DNA of 64,000 bases from Vitrella brassicaformis CCMP3155. Lineage: Eukaryota > Protista > Chromerida. Both the position numbers and the translations under genes were made by a program. The notes below the pieces were generated by a model. The model was not told the origin of the DNA, did not search any database, and saw nothing but the letters and a program-made list of their open reading frames with translations. Below, piece by piece: positions 1-13,675 of this stretch (position 1 is its first letter; every line of letters begins with the position of its first letter). The stretch covers positions 62,001 to 126,000 of the forward strand of contig CDMY01000280.1 of assembly GCA_001179505.1 (NCBI GenBank), read 5' to 3'.

Positions 1-420
1 ACGACGCCATCGCTGCTGTCCTGCGAACACATAGATAAGTCGCTCTATAGGTTTGAACACACGCATTGGATGGCGTACCTGCCCTGCCCCACTAGTGGTC
101 ACAGAAGCATTATCCGATAGGTGCGATACTTGCAAAGTCCTGACCAGAACACACACACACCCAACAGAAACAGACGGCGAATTCTCTGTTCTGCGCCCTG
201 TGTCTGTATTTTATCTCTCCATCTCCCTCGGTACCTCATGGCGTCGATGCTCTTCTTGAGCTGCGATAGGTCTTCCAGACACCTCAGCAGCAACAGCCCC
301 ACATTCGCTACAAGAAACACCAGCAACACTGTCACACACAACACACAACACAGATCCACACCATCAAATGGTCCAATTTCCCTCTGATATCTACAATAAT
401 ACCAGCTCCGATGATAGACC
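1..420 (-). CDS. Partial multi-exon gene running off the window start; hypothetical protein with one hydrophobic segment
   Basis: Minus-strand exons with GT/AG borders join in frame as ...YHRSWYYCRYQREIGPFD|VLLVFLVANVGLLLLRCLEDLSQLKKSIDAMR|TLQVSHLSDNASVTTSGAGQ|DSSDGV. Start not resolved and no family recognised. Confidence 0.35.
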
Positions 421-1153
421 ACCGTCTGCCGAGTGTCCCGGCGCCTCCCTCCCCCTCTCGCGCCGCAGCGTTCCCCACTGTCGTGTATTTGGCCGCCATC
501 ACACACACACACACAGATCAAAGAACACGCCGACCGGCTGCAGGTGCCGATTGCTGGAGGGGGGGGCAGCTGGGCTGACCCAGCACCGACAACAACGTTA
601 TCCCTTCTGCGGATTCCAAGCTCGCAGCGGCAGAAACAGTGGGACAGTGTCGGAGGGGGGTTCTCGTCTTGGTTTCCGTCCTGCGGCTGTGCTGTTCCCT
701 TGCTCTCCCCCTCCCGAAAGGCGTGCTTGATGTAACGGCGAGGTCGCGGCGTACTATTATTTCGCCGAGGCGAGGCGTTCCAACGGGAGTGACGTCCGAC
801 GACGGACGCACACACAGACCACCACAGACAAGACAGTAGACACGGCAATATATAGCCTGGGGGAGCAAAGAGGCCATATATTGCTGTCGGAACAATACCC
901 TGCCCACCAGAGGCCGAGTTGAATTGGCGGCTGACAAGACAGGCAACCAAGAGCCAGCAGCAGCGGTACTAACTAACAGAGGGTAGAGGGCCCAGCCAGC
1001 CGAGCGGCTCGGTCCTCTGCCGGCTGGCCTTGGGCTCGGCCTGTGCCGCCCTGTGTGTGTGTGTTTGGTGAGTGAGTGTCTGTCGTCTGTCTACCACCCC
1101 GCTTCCAAAGGAGAAGTTCTTTACAACAGCAGCAGCGGAGAGGTTAGGGCGGG

Positions 1154-4100
1154 ATGGCCGGCGAGGAGCCAACTGCGGCTCCGCCGAAAGAGGTAAGCAG
1201 ACCACACACATAGGGGCGGGGGCAGGGAGGGAGGGAGGGAGGGAGGGAAGGCACACAACTGACGTGTTTGTCTACTGCTGTTGGTTGTGGTTGTGTGGTT
1301 GTGTGGTTGTGTGGTTGTGTGTGTGTCAGCCACCTCCCCCCAGCAAGACTGTGAGCGGTTCTACATCGATATCGTCCCGGGGCGTGCGATGGCCCTCAGC
1401 CGAGACAGTCAAGCGCAACGTCTTCGACCTCGTCGCTGGCAGATTCTGTACCATCGACTACGTCGGCAGCGAGAAGGTACGCGCCGCACGGGCGAGGGAG
1501 GCGCCGCCCCATGTCGAGCACCTGTGTCAGTCACTGCGGGCGTGTTAATTTGGTCTGGTTTGGTGTATCATTACCAATAATCAGAGTTTCTCTCGTCAGC
1601 AGCTGATGGAGATCGAGCGGAAGCTGCAGAAGGTCATCCGGGTGTTCGGCTGCGAGGGCGGCAAGAGCGTCTGGGAAATCGCACTCAACAAATTCAAGTT
1701 CCAGGTGGGTGCAGTGCGCGGCATGGCATGGCATGGGCAGACGCGTCACGTCAGCAGCAGCCGAGCCGACATCGATGGACATGGTCAATCAATCGCTGCC
1801 ATGTGATGTGTTGGATGGGTGTGTGTAGGAGGACAATCTGTACAATCAGTTTGAGGACGTGTGCCACGCCATGATTGGCCTGACGCTGCGCGACGAGGAG
1901 GGCTCACCAGAGGGCGCCAAGCAAGTCGCGCAAACCGTACTCGATGCTGGTAGACATGGATGGCCCCCCACACCCCCACCCACACCACACCCCACACACA
2001 TGGATGGATGGATGGATGTGTGTTGGTGTGGTGCAGGCTATCGCTCCATCGAGGACCACGCGTTGTTTCGGTACCACCGTCGGCTGTTCAAGAACTACCG
2101 AAGGTGGTGCAGGTACGTCGGGCTCGACGCCTTCCCCTGGAACTCCGCACAGCTCTCACAGCCCCGGACCAACGAGATCATACCGCCTGCCAGGTATGAT
2201 GTCCGCCATCCATCCATGGCAACACACAGACAGAGAGAGAGGGAGAGAGGGTCAGAGTGGGAGTGGGTGCGCGTCATGTGTGTGTGGTTTGTGTGTTGTG
2301 TGTTGTGTCAGGATGGCTCGTGAGGTTGCGCTGTGGAAGCTGATATGGGGGGAGTCTGCGAATTTGCGCCACTGCCCTGAGATGCTCTGCTTCATATACC
2401 ACTGGATGATCACCAGCTGGGACAAAGTGGACACCGTACGCAATGCCACCTAGCCAGCCACACACACACCAATCAGACGAGCGATCGTTGGATGGATGGA
2501 TGGATGTCGTGTAGGAGGCGCTGCCGACGTATCTCGAGACCATCACACCCGTCATTTCCGACTTCTGGGACGAAATGAAGTCAGTCAGCCCACACAACCG
2601 CCGTCCATCCACACCACACAAGTACAATTGCCGTCTTTGCGTCTGTGTGTCCGTCCGTGTGTGTCAGCCGTCCATTCGGCGACCACCCCATCAAGCTCAA
2701 CTATGAGGACTACAACGTACCCACACCACAGACAGACAGACAGACAGACACCCACCTGCACCTGCAATGCGTGTGTGTGTGCAGGAGATATTCTGGCGCG
2801 GCGACAAGATCACGAAGCGGTTCTTCGCGCGGTACGTGTGGAAGGGCGACCTGCACCCCTTCGTCAAGAGGTGGACGGCCAACAAGTCCCTCATCAAGGT
2901 GCGCTAGATGGATGGATGGATGGATCGGTGGGAGGGAGGGTGGGAGGGTGGGAGAGGGGGGCGGGAGTTGAGTTGAGTTGATGACCTCGTGTACTGCTGT
3001 GCTGTGTGTGCACACACACATGACACACAGGGCATGTGGGGGTATCAGCTGGAGACCAACCACGGCAAGAAGACATTCGTCGAGCACAGGCAGTACATCA
3101 ACGTAAGTACGCATCTATCTGTGTGGCGAGCCAGCCAATCACCGTGTACCGTACCCCATTCCCTCTCTGTATGTCTCTCCGTGTCTCCGTGTGTGTGTGT
3201 GGCCTTCCTTCTCGCGTGACTGCAGTTCTTCCGCACCTGGTGGCGCGTCTACGATTGGCACCTGGTCACCCTGGTCTTCCTCATCTGGCTCAACACACTC
3301 GCACGAGGTAACCACACCGCACCCAGCCCCACACAGCATGAGCAGCGACAGATGGGTGCCCGTCGTGGGTCCGGTGGGGTGCGGTGCAGGTGACGTCAAC
3401 GAGGAGCGGTCGGCCAAATATTTCGGCACAGCCATGCTCACCATCACCTTCGGGTCGGCCTTCCGCGACCTCCTGGACATCGTCTTCTCCCTCATGAACG
3501 CCACCCCGCTGCTCTCGCGGGTCATCGAGCTCTGCTACTCGTTCGTGCGGTTCCAGTGGTGGGAGAGGCTGGGGCTCGGCCTCATCCGGCTGGGCTTCTT
3601 CGGACTGGCTTGTCGGTACTGGATGATCGAGGTGCGTGTGGGTGTGGTGGATGGGGGAGGGAGGGGTTTGCACACCTCGGGCTGCCCACATGTGTTTTGT
3701 GTGTTGTGTGTTGTGTGTTGGTCAGGGGCCGGCGTCTCCCGCGTTGCTGCCCACAGGCGTTGTTGGGGGGCCCTTCATGCTCTNNNNNNNNNNNNNNNNN
3801 NNNNNNNNNNNNNNNNNNNNNNNNNNNNNNNNNNNNNNNNNNNNNNNNNNNNNNNNNNNNNNNNNNNNNNNNNNNNNNNNNNNNNNNNNNNNNNNNNNNN
3901 NNNNNNNNNNNNNNNNNNNNNNNNNNNNNNNNNNNNNNNNNNNNNNNNNNNNNNNNNNNNNNNNNNNNNNNNNNNNNNNNNNNNNNNNNNNNNNNNNNNN
4001 NNNNNNNNNNNNNNNNNNNNNNNNNNNNNNNNNNNNNNNNNNNNNNNNNNNNNNNNNNNNNNNNNNNNNNNNNNNNNNNNNNNGGGGGGGGGGGGGGGGG

Positions 4101-7100
4101 GGGGGCCACTGCCTCTATCATGGGCTAACACACACGCACACAGACAGTGCGGCTGTGCAACTGTGGATGTGTGTACGTGTCTGTGTCAGGTGGGCGCTCC
4201 ACGGCCTGCAGCTCTTCTTCATCCAGATGCTCAAGAAGAACAGAAAACTGTGAGTGTACGCTCTATGCATGGCCATGGATCCACCCAGACAGATATCTAG
4301 ATAATGCAACCAACCCGCCCAGCCAACCAACCACAACCAAACCAACCGCTGGCTGCGTGTGCGTGTGCTTGTCGGTCGTTCAGCGGGTGCTGCCCCCGCC
4401 GCGGCCCCTCGTGGCAGTGCGTCAACTCGTTCGTGGCCAACCGCTTCATGCTGGCCCAGGAGTACAGACATGTGGTATGTATGGTCCGTCAGCCAGGGCC
4501 AGGCCGCAGACGACCGTCTGCAGAGACAGACAGACAGACAGGGAGCACGGCGGCCACTGATGTGTGTGTGTGTTGCAGATATCGTATGTGGGTTTCTGGA
4601 TCCCGATTATCGTGTTCAAGCTGGGCGTGTCGTTCATTGTCCACTGCTACGGCTTCGTCGACCTCATCGAGTTCCTTTATGACGAACACTCGTCCATCAC
4701 GTGGGGGAGGGACACACACACGCCCGCACACACACACACAAGAGAGTCGAGTCGGTGCACCTGTTGTGTTGCGTTGTGGTGCGTCAGGTTCAATTTTCTG
4801 GGGGTCCGTCTGACGGACACGCAGAGCATCACCTCCCTGATCGCACTGGGCGTCCCGGGCGTCATCGTCTACTTCTTCGACATCATGGTATGGTCCGTGT
4901 CATGTCAGCCACTCGCATCGCATCGCATCGCCCCATCGACACACCCACCCCATCTGTCGCACTCCCCCTCCCTCCCTGTGTGTGTGTCATTCAGTTCTAC
5001 TACGCCATCTACCTCGCCATATTCAGCTGGGGCATTGGCTACTTCAGAGGGGTGTGGCAACGCGCCAAACACAGCACATCCACAGCACAGCCACAGAAAC
5101 GTTCACCGTGTGGTGTGTGGTGTGTTGTGTGCAGGTCGGCTACGTGACAGAGCTGGAGCACGCGCAGAAGGTCTTCTGGATGCTGCCCCTGCAGTTCGAC
5201 CGCACCCTGTCACAAGACGCTGGCGGATTCATCAAGAAGGTACGGTACGCCGTCCATCCATCCATCCATCCATCCCACGGGCGCCTGCCCTCTGTGTGTG
5301 TGTGTGTGTGTGTGTGGTATCTGTGCAGGTGCGTGTGTCGACGGTTCTGGGGTGGCTCACGTGTGGGCTCTGCCAACGGAGGCCGCGAAACAGCACAAAG
5401 AGGTAGGTGTGGTGTGTGCGCATGATTGATTTGTGTGTGTGTGGAGGTGTGTGTGTGAATACGTCTGTGTGTGTGTGTGTGTGTGTGTGGATGTAGGACG
5501 AGCTACTACCTGAAGCACTCACGCCCGCAATACTGCCAGCCCTACCTCAAGGCAGGCAGCCCTGACACCCTCCCCTCTCTCCCACACACACATGGTGGCC
5601 TGTGTGTGTGTGTGCAGCCGAGTCACATCCCGCAGAAAGCCGTGCTAAACCCCTGGTCAGCCCCCCAGCAGCAGCAGCCCCAGCTGACGAGGCCCGACGC
5701 ATCTGGCCGGGCCTCTGAGGTGTCGCAGAAGGGCAGCCCCACCGGCAGGGTCATACAGCCCAGGTGCGCGGACTCACACACACGCACACACACACACACA
5801 TGCACGTCGTTGTGTGTGTGTATGTGTGTGTGTGTAGGGACACCAAGACGCCGCGGACTTTGGAGGAGGGCAACCTGCCCGACGCCACACCCACACTGCT
5901 CAACGCCATGAAGGGTCCGTGCGTGTGTGGGGGCAGACAGACGGACGGACGGACGGACAGGCCGACTCGCAGCATACCATCTGTGTGCGTGCATCGGGTG
6001 TGTGTGTGTGTGCATGTGTGTGTAGGCATGACCCGTCTCACAGCCGTGAAACGACAGATGCCCGCACCACCACCAGGGTGAGTGACCACTCACACCCCCT
6101 CCCCCCCTCAACACACACACCCAACCACACCTCTCTCTCCCTTCTCTCTCTGTGTGTGTGTCTCTCTCTAGGTGGTGGTCTCGCGAGCTGATGGGTGCGT
6201 CCAAGTTGGCCCCCGAGGTGGTTGAGCACCAGGTGCGGCGGTTCGGCTTCGTGTGGAACGAGGTGGTCGAGTCATGGCGGGAGGAGGACATCGTCGAGAA
6301 CGCCGAGCGGCTCAAACTGCAGTTCAACGAGCTGCCCGCCATACAGTTCGCCGACCTCATGCACATCTGGTCTGGCGAGGCCCACGTGGATTGGGAGGCG
6401 TCCGAGCTGCGGCTGCCCGTGTGGGTCTACAGCGACATTCTCCCGGCCTGCATCAGGTGGGGTGGGTCACAGCAAGTGAGAGGGCGAGGGAGAGGGAATG
6501 GCACATGTTTGGTGTTTGTGTGTATGTGTGTGGACAGGGAGTGTGAGCTGCAGCAGCAGAAGGTCAACGACCTCTGGAACATCCAAAGGGTCACTATTAC
6601 ACACAAGTCTCTTGACGAATTCTGCATCCCCAGCATCCCTCTCTCCGTCTCCCCCTCTCTGTGTTGTGTGTCAGGACGCCATGCGGCGCCACCCCTTCCG
6701 CAGCGAGTACCTTCTCTCCGTCCTCCCTGACCACCCTGCATCATTCTGCGGGTCCGTCACAGAACAGACACCCACAGTGCCGTTTGTGTGTGTGTGTGTG
6801 TGCGTGTGTGTGTGTGACAAAGCTGACATACATAGCTTCCACTTCTCTCTCGTGTGTGTCGTCCTTGGTCTGTCCGTGTGTGGTGTGCAGTAGCAGCGCC
6901 CACTCGATGCGGTCGAGCCTGCGCAAGTCGGGATTGGAGTTCTATGGACGGCTGCTGGGCGGGGGCAAGGGGGACAGGGGTGACCTGCAGCACCTGCTTC
7001 GGCTGGGCCTGCTCGAGCTCTTCGAGGCGCTCTCCTTCTACCTGGCCCGATACTTCACACACGGGCCCCATCTCGTCAAGGCAAGCAATAAGCGCCACAC

Positions 7101-7304
7101 ACCACACCACACCACAGCACCCACACCTCCTCCCACACCACACCACACCACACCGACATCGACACGCCTCTGTGTGTGGCTGTGTGTCTGCAGACGATGT
7201 CGGCACTCTGTCAGCGTGTCGGCGCAGACCCGTTTTTTCTCGCTTACCTGGACCTCAACTCGCTCAGAAACATCCGGTGCGTTAGCCACTCAGTCAGGCT
7301 GCGC

Positions 7305-7339
<35 letters not shown>

Positions 7340-10300
7340 CCACAAGACCACCACACACCCAACCTCTCTCTGTGTGTCTGACGTGCGGTGCAGCGACGTG
7401 ATAGCCCGGACGTTCCATGCGGCGCAGGTGCCGCCGAACGAGAACGATGAGGGGCTCATCCACACGGCGGGCCGGCTGCCGATGAAGCTCATCGACGCCA
7501 ACAAACAGCTCATCAAGGCGCTACGGTCCATCATCATGCCGGCGCTGCTCGAGTCGACCGGCAAACAGGTGCGTTGCATTGCGTCGGGTGTCACACACAC
7601 ACACACACATGGATGGATGGATGGATGGATGTGTGTGTGTGTGTGTATGTTTAGGTGCTGCAATCCGAGGCTTTGGCTCAGGACTTCCCCGAGCTGCCAG
7701 CCTTCTACGCTGCCATCGACCACTGCGAGGCGGCCATGACACTCAACTACCCCGCCAACCACCCCAAACACCCTGTTGGTAAGCACAGACTCCCTCCCTC
7801 CCTCCCTGCCCCCTGCACACGCAGACACAGAGGTGAGCACGCTGTGTGGTGTGTGGTGTGTAGGTGGAGGGTCTCTTGCGGCGTTCAGTGGTGGGTTCAC
7901 CAAGGACACCTCTCCCGAGCGCGGTGGCGGCGGTGGGCTGCCCACACCTGACCAGGAGTGGGGAGACGACATTGAAGTGAGTAACCCTGCACACACACAC
8001 ACACACACACTCACAGAGAATGGCGAGAGAGAGAGGGCGAGAGAGGGAGAGAGGGACAGGTGTGTGGTGTGGTGTGGTGTCCAGAAATCGTTCCCCTTCG
8101 ACTTGACTGACGACGTGAATCCCTTCCTGAACAACCTCGACGACGCGCTGCGGCTCTTCTTCAGGCGGGCCAGCAGGCTACTCAAAGTCTCAGGATACAA
8201 ACCTAAAACTGCTCTGGCGCAAATGAGGTAAAAGCAATCCGCCCCCTTCCCCCTCCCTCCGACACACCCACACACCCACACACACTGTCTGTGTGTGTGT
8301 GTGTGTCAGGCTCAAGTATTTCGCGTCGTCTCTGTTCATGGAGATGCCGGAGGCGCCCTCGGTGATGCGGATGGTGTCGATGTGCACACTCACGCCCTAC
8401 TACCAGGAGGACGCAATGCTCGACGACCAGGACCTACACGCAAAGAGCGCTGAAGGTCAGTCAGTCAGTCTGTCAGTCAGTCGGCCGTCGGCTGTATCGC
8501 CACAATGAATGCCAGACGCCTCTCTCTCTCTGTGTGTGTGTGTGTGTGTGTGTGTGTACGGTGTGGGGTGTGCAGGTGTGACGAAAATAGAGTTCCTGCG
8601 GGCGCTGTTCCCGCAGGATTGGCAGAACTTCCTGGAGAGGGTCGACCCACAAGGTCTGTCTGCTCAGCGACACCACACCGACCCGATGTCTGTGAGTGTG
8701 AGTGGGGACCTGTGGTGTGTGGTGTGGTGTGTGGGTGCAGGTGTGCTGTTTGAGTGCTACCAGAAGGAGGAGGAGTCGATGAAGTCCCTCAGGGGCCAGG
8801 CGCTGCAGGCACAGCTCAAAAACGACCCCGTCGCGCGAAAGAACATGCACAACGAGAGGATGCTCAGCAGGTGGGCCGCCATCTATACTACCCTGCCAGG
8901 CCGCCCAATGGGTGCGTTCGTTGAGCATCTGAATGTGGCGCCACATTCAGGTTTTTCCGCGACGAGATGGAGCAGTGGGCGTCGATGCGCACACAGACTC
9001 TCTACCGGACCATCAGGGGCGTCATGTACTACGAGCAGGCCCTGCAGATTCTGGTGCATGCAAACCCTACGGGCCCCTGCACACACCCACACACACGCAC
9101 CCACGCGGCCATGCCACGTCATGTGTGTGGTGTGGTGTGGTGTGGTGTGTGGTTGTTGACTTTAGTCGTGGCTCGAGTTGCAAGAGCTGAAGGGCACCCG
9201 CTACCACCTCTCGCGGGACCGCAACGTGCTGTCGTTCGACCAGGAGAAGCGGCTCAACTGGCAGGCCGTCCCGGTGCCGCCTGACTCGCCCAGACGGTGA
9301 GTACGTGAGTACGTGTGTGTCTGTGTGGCCTCCACCCCTTCGCTCACACCCACGGATATATGTGTGTGTGTGCAGGTTGTCGATCTTCACTGACATGTAC
9401 AACCGCTGGGTCAACCGGAACCAGAAGAAACCGTGGGCACTCGACCCCACCAGCCAGGTAGGAACAGCCTAACCATCTGACCTGGCTCGCGTCGATGACA
9501 TGATTGCAATGGGTGCGTTGGGTGCAGGCCTTGGCGTCTCTAAGGTTCCAGTATGTGGTCACAGCACAGACATTGGGCGACGACATCAAAGCCGCTGCCA
9601 CCAACAGGACGGCCGCACTCAGAGTCCGGGCCCTCACTGAGCTGCTCCAGGTAGGTCACACAGACAGACACTCACACACGCTCGCACAAAGAGAGAGGGA
9701 GAGAGACGGACCAGCACCGGGCTGGGCGTGTGTGTCTGCAGAGGTATCCCGGCCTGCGAGCTGCGTGTGTGGAGTCATGCGAGCTGCCGGGGACCAAGAA
9801 GCCCATCAAATGCAGCACACTCTTCAGGTGGACACACCCCCACTCATCCACTCATCCACCGCCTGTGTGTGTGTGTGCGTGTCGATTAGGTGGGATGAGG
9901 AGACTCAGCGTCTGGTGCGGGTGTACCGTGTGGTGCTGGGACTGCTCGAGGGGCCGGCGCACAAGCGCAACCCCATCGTGGGTGAGGGCAAGGCCGAGAA
10001 CCAGAACCACGCCATCATCTTCACACGGGGGGAGGCGCTGCAGGCCATCGACATGAACCAAGAGGTAGGTCCATATGGGTGTGTGCCCGCTCGTTGAGTC
10101 GGGGGATGTCCCATTGCCCATCTTCTGTCTGTGTGTGCAGCTGCATCTCGAGGAGGCGCTGAAGCTCCGCAACCTGCTGCAGGAGTTCACACGAGACCAG
10201 AAACTCGGCATCATCGGTGGGTGCGAGCGTACAGACAAGCCCTCTGCACACCACACACACGTGGTGTGTTGTTCTCGTGTGCAGGGTTCCGAGAGCCGCC

Positions 10301-10430
10301 TATGATCAACGCGGCCACCACCTGCTCGTGGGTCGCCAACTGGAACCAATTCACCTTCTGCGTCTTCGAAACACGCGGTGAGTGAGATGCAAAAACACAC
10401 ACCAAACCCACCACACACCCAGCCATCTTC

Positions 10431-10469
<39 letters not shown>

Positions 10470-13111
10470 TGCTGTGCTGCGCAGCGTTTCACCTGCCGCT
10501 GCGAGTGCGCCTGCACTATGGGCACCCCGACGTGATTGACCGTTACTTCATCCAGACGATGGGCGGCGAGAGCAAGGCGTCCACCATCATCTGCGTGTCC
10601 GAGGACGTCTACTGCGGGCTCAACGTCATCCAGAGGGGCTTCTCCATCTCGCAAGTCGACTACATCGAAGTAAGTGGAGTGGGGTGGGGCGAAGCGAAGC
10701 GACACCAGGCACCGCACCACATGCTGTGTGTGCGTGTGTGCGTGTGTGTGTGTGCGTGTGTGCGTGTGTGTGTGTGTGCGTGTGTGTGGTGTAGGCTGTC
10801 AAGGGCTGGCCCAACGACCTCGATCAGCTTGTGGCGTTTTTCCGCAAGTGTGGGGCGGGCTCGGCTGAGGCGCAGTCGTTCAGCAGAGACTCATACAGGC
10901 TCGGTGAGGGCTGGCTCGCCGACACCCTCACACCCTCACACCCTCACACGCACACACTAGACGCACATAGACATGGCCTCCACATGTGTATGTGTGTGTG
11001 TGCTGTCAGCCAAGAACCTGGATTTCTTCAACCTGCTGTCTCTGTGGGCCGCGTGGCCGGGCTGGTACGCACAACCAACAGCATGAGGGCGGATGCAGTG
11101 ACTGCAGCTGCACCAATGGGTGGGTGTGTGTGTGGATGTGCAGGCACATAGCGAACGTGTTGGTGCTCTTCTCCGTGTGGCTGTACATCTACGCCAGAAT
11201 CGTCCTCGGCGTGCTCACAGGTCAGTGAGTGAGTGAGTGGCTGGGTGGGTGTGAGGTGTGATGGGCCACACCGCACAAGACACACACACACGCACACACG
11301 TGTGTGTCTATGTGTGTCGAACAAACAGAGGAGGCATCTCCCGAGATGATAGCGATGCTGAAGGGTTGGGACAAGAAGGACTGGAACCTCATGGACCAGA
11401 TCTCCCTGGGGCTCTTCATCTTCTTCTACGTCAAGTTCTTCGCAATGGTCTCCGTCGAAGAGGTACAGCATGGCCCATTGATGGCACAGACACAGAGGGA
11501 GAGAGAAAGTCCGTGGAGATGTGTGTGTGTGTGTGCTGTGGGTGTTGATTGATTCTATCAGGGTGTTGGTAGGGGTTGGCAGCACTTGCTGTACCACCTC
11601 AAGAGCTTCTCCATCCTACACTTCACATTCACAAGTACACAGACGCCCCCNNNNNNNNNNNNNNNNNNNNNNNNNNNNNNNNNNNNNNNNNNNNNNNNNN
11701 NNNNNNNNNNNNNNNNNNNNNNNNNNNNNNNNNNNNNNNNNNNNNNNNNNNNNNNNNNNNNNNNNNNNNNNNNNNNNNNNNNNNNNNNNNNNNNNNNNNN
11801 NNNNNNNNNNNNNNNNNNNNNNNNNNNNNNNNNNNNNNNNNNNNNNNNNNNNNNNNNNNNNNNNNNNNNNNNNNNNNNNNNNNNNNNNNNNNNNNNNNNN
11901 NNNNNNNNNNNNNNNNNNNNNNNNNNNNNNNNNNNNNNNNNNNNNNNNNNCCCCCCCCCCCCCCCCCCCCCCCTTCATTGTGTGTATGTGTATGTGTGTG
12001 TGTGTGTGGCACCCACCACCGCCACCCCACCCCCCACCAGTCGGCACGTGGACGTCTGCCTTTGACGACACGATGCTGTACGGCCGGGCCAAGTACCAAA
12101 ACGCCGGCAGAGGCATCCAAATCGTACACAGGTGCGGTGCCTACCTACCTGCACAGGCACACAGATACAGACACACCGAGCATTTCATGCGTGTGTGGGG
12201 CACGCCGATGTCCGTCTGCATGCCATGCAGGGATTTCCGCCACTTGTGGCGGATGTACTTCTTCTCCCACTGGCAGCCGGCCGCAGAGCTGCTCACCATC
12301 CTAGTCTTCCACGCCGTAAGCAGAGCACCCTCCCCTCCCCCGCGACTCACACACAACACACCCCCATGACATCTCTCTCTCTGTGGTGTGTGTGTGTGTG
12401 TGATTTCATCCATCCATCAGTTCGGCCAGTCGTTGATGCCTGTTAACTTCGTGCGCACGTGGTTCTTCTGGATCGTGGCGGCCTCGTGGCTGTACATGCC
12501 CATCCTCTACAACCCCATGGGCTTCTCCTGGCACAGACTCACTGACGACCTGCGGCTGTGGCAGCGGTGGATGCGGTCACACGTAAGCCACCGCCCAGCT
12601 CCCACACACAGAGAGACAGGGAGGGAGAGAGAAAGAGAGAGATTTGCAAGTGTGTGTGTGTCGGTGTGATGTGTGTGGTTAATTGGCTGGCTGATTGGCT
12701 GACTGCAGGTGGCGGACGACCCGCAGGAATCGTGGCTGGGCTGGTGGAGGTCACAGATGACGGTCCGGTGCAAGGCCATGCTGCAAAACAGGGCCGTCAT
12801 CTTCACGCGCAACTGGCGGTTCATCATCCTCGCCCTCTGCATCTTCAAGTCGCTCGCGTAGTAAGCAAAGCATCGCGCCTGGGCGGCCAACCACACACAC
12901 ACCGACACAGAGAAAGAGAGAGAGGGCACACGGCGTGGGCGTTGGTTGGTTTTGGTCCAGCCGAGAGGATATGTCGCCATTCGACCTTTTTGCGCCGCCT
13001 GCCGTGGTGACGATGTGCATGCTGATGGCCCTGATGCTCACCGCACGGAGCGAGCGCAAGAGCTTCCAGGGAATCAAGGCCATCGGTCGGTAGTCTCCAC
13101 ACACATACACA

Positions 13112-13147
<36 letters not shown>

Positions 13148-13675
13148 TACTTCACAGGTCTTTCTGCATCTTTCTGTGTGTGTCCCGCTCTCTTCGCCTG
13201 TCTCATTGCGTATGGTTTAGGGGTGCCCATGGTGTTTGCGCGTCTGGCGGCCCCCGTCCGGCTGCTCAGCTGGCTGGTCACCGCGGGCCTCTTCGTGTTT
13301 GCCTGTGCGACGATGAAGCAGAGCTTCATCCAGCTGCTGGGCGGCGTGATGGCCTTGATGATGGCTCTGTGGACCATCTGCCACACGACGGTCGAGGTGG
13401 TGGGGCACATCGGCAACTGGCTGGACTTCTCGACGGTGCCCTTCATTGTGGAGACCGTCCGGCTGTGTCACATGAGCATTGGCTACGCTCTCTTTATGCC
13501 GGTGATCGTGGCCAGCGCCTTCAAGTTCGTCCTCAACGCCCAGGAGTTCCAGACCAACTACATGTGGAACCCCAATGTGACGTCGACCTTCAAGACGTCG
13601 CAGCTCGAGACGGCCAACCTCATACGCAAGGGCACCTTTCCTGACATCGCCACCAAGACGCTCCACACCGCATAG
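1154..13675 (+). CDS. FKS1: 1,3-beta-glucan synthase / callose synthase (GT48, FKS-like), many exons
   Basis: Spliced exons give family motifs in order: LFKNYRRWCRY, VALWKLIWGESANLRHCPEMLCFIYHWM, KLNYEDYN, KTFVEHR, RRFGFVWNEVVESWREEDIV, YFASSLFMEMP..TLTPYYQED, WASMRTQTLYRTIRGVMYY, GEGKAENQNHAIIFTRGEALQAIDMNQ..LEEALKLRNLLQEF, RLHYGHPD, SKAS..SEDVYCG, YGRAKYQNAGRG, PILYNPMGFSW. ATG at 1154 (MAGEEPTAAPPKE|PPPPSK); stop at 13675. Two N gaps fall inside the gene. Confidence 0.95.
3784..4083. other. Assembly gap (300 N) followed by poly-G
   Basis: Run of N inside the glucan synthase gene; may hide coding sequence. Confidence 0.99.
11651..11950. other. Assembly gap (300 N) flanked by poly-C
   Basis: Run of N inside the glucan synthase gene. 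Confidence 0.99.
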
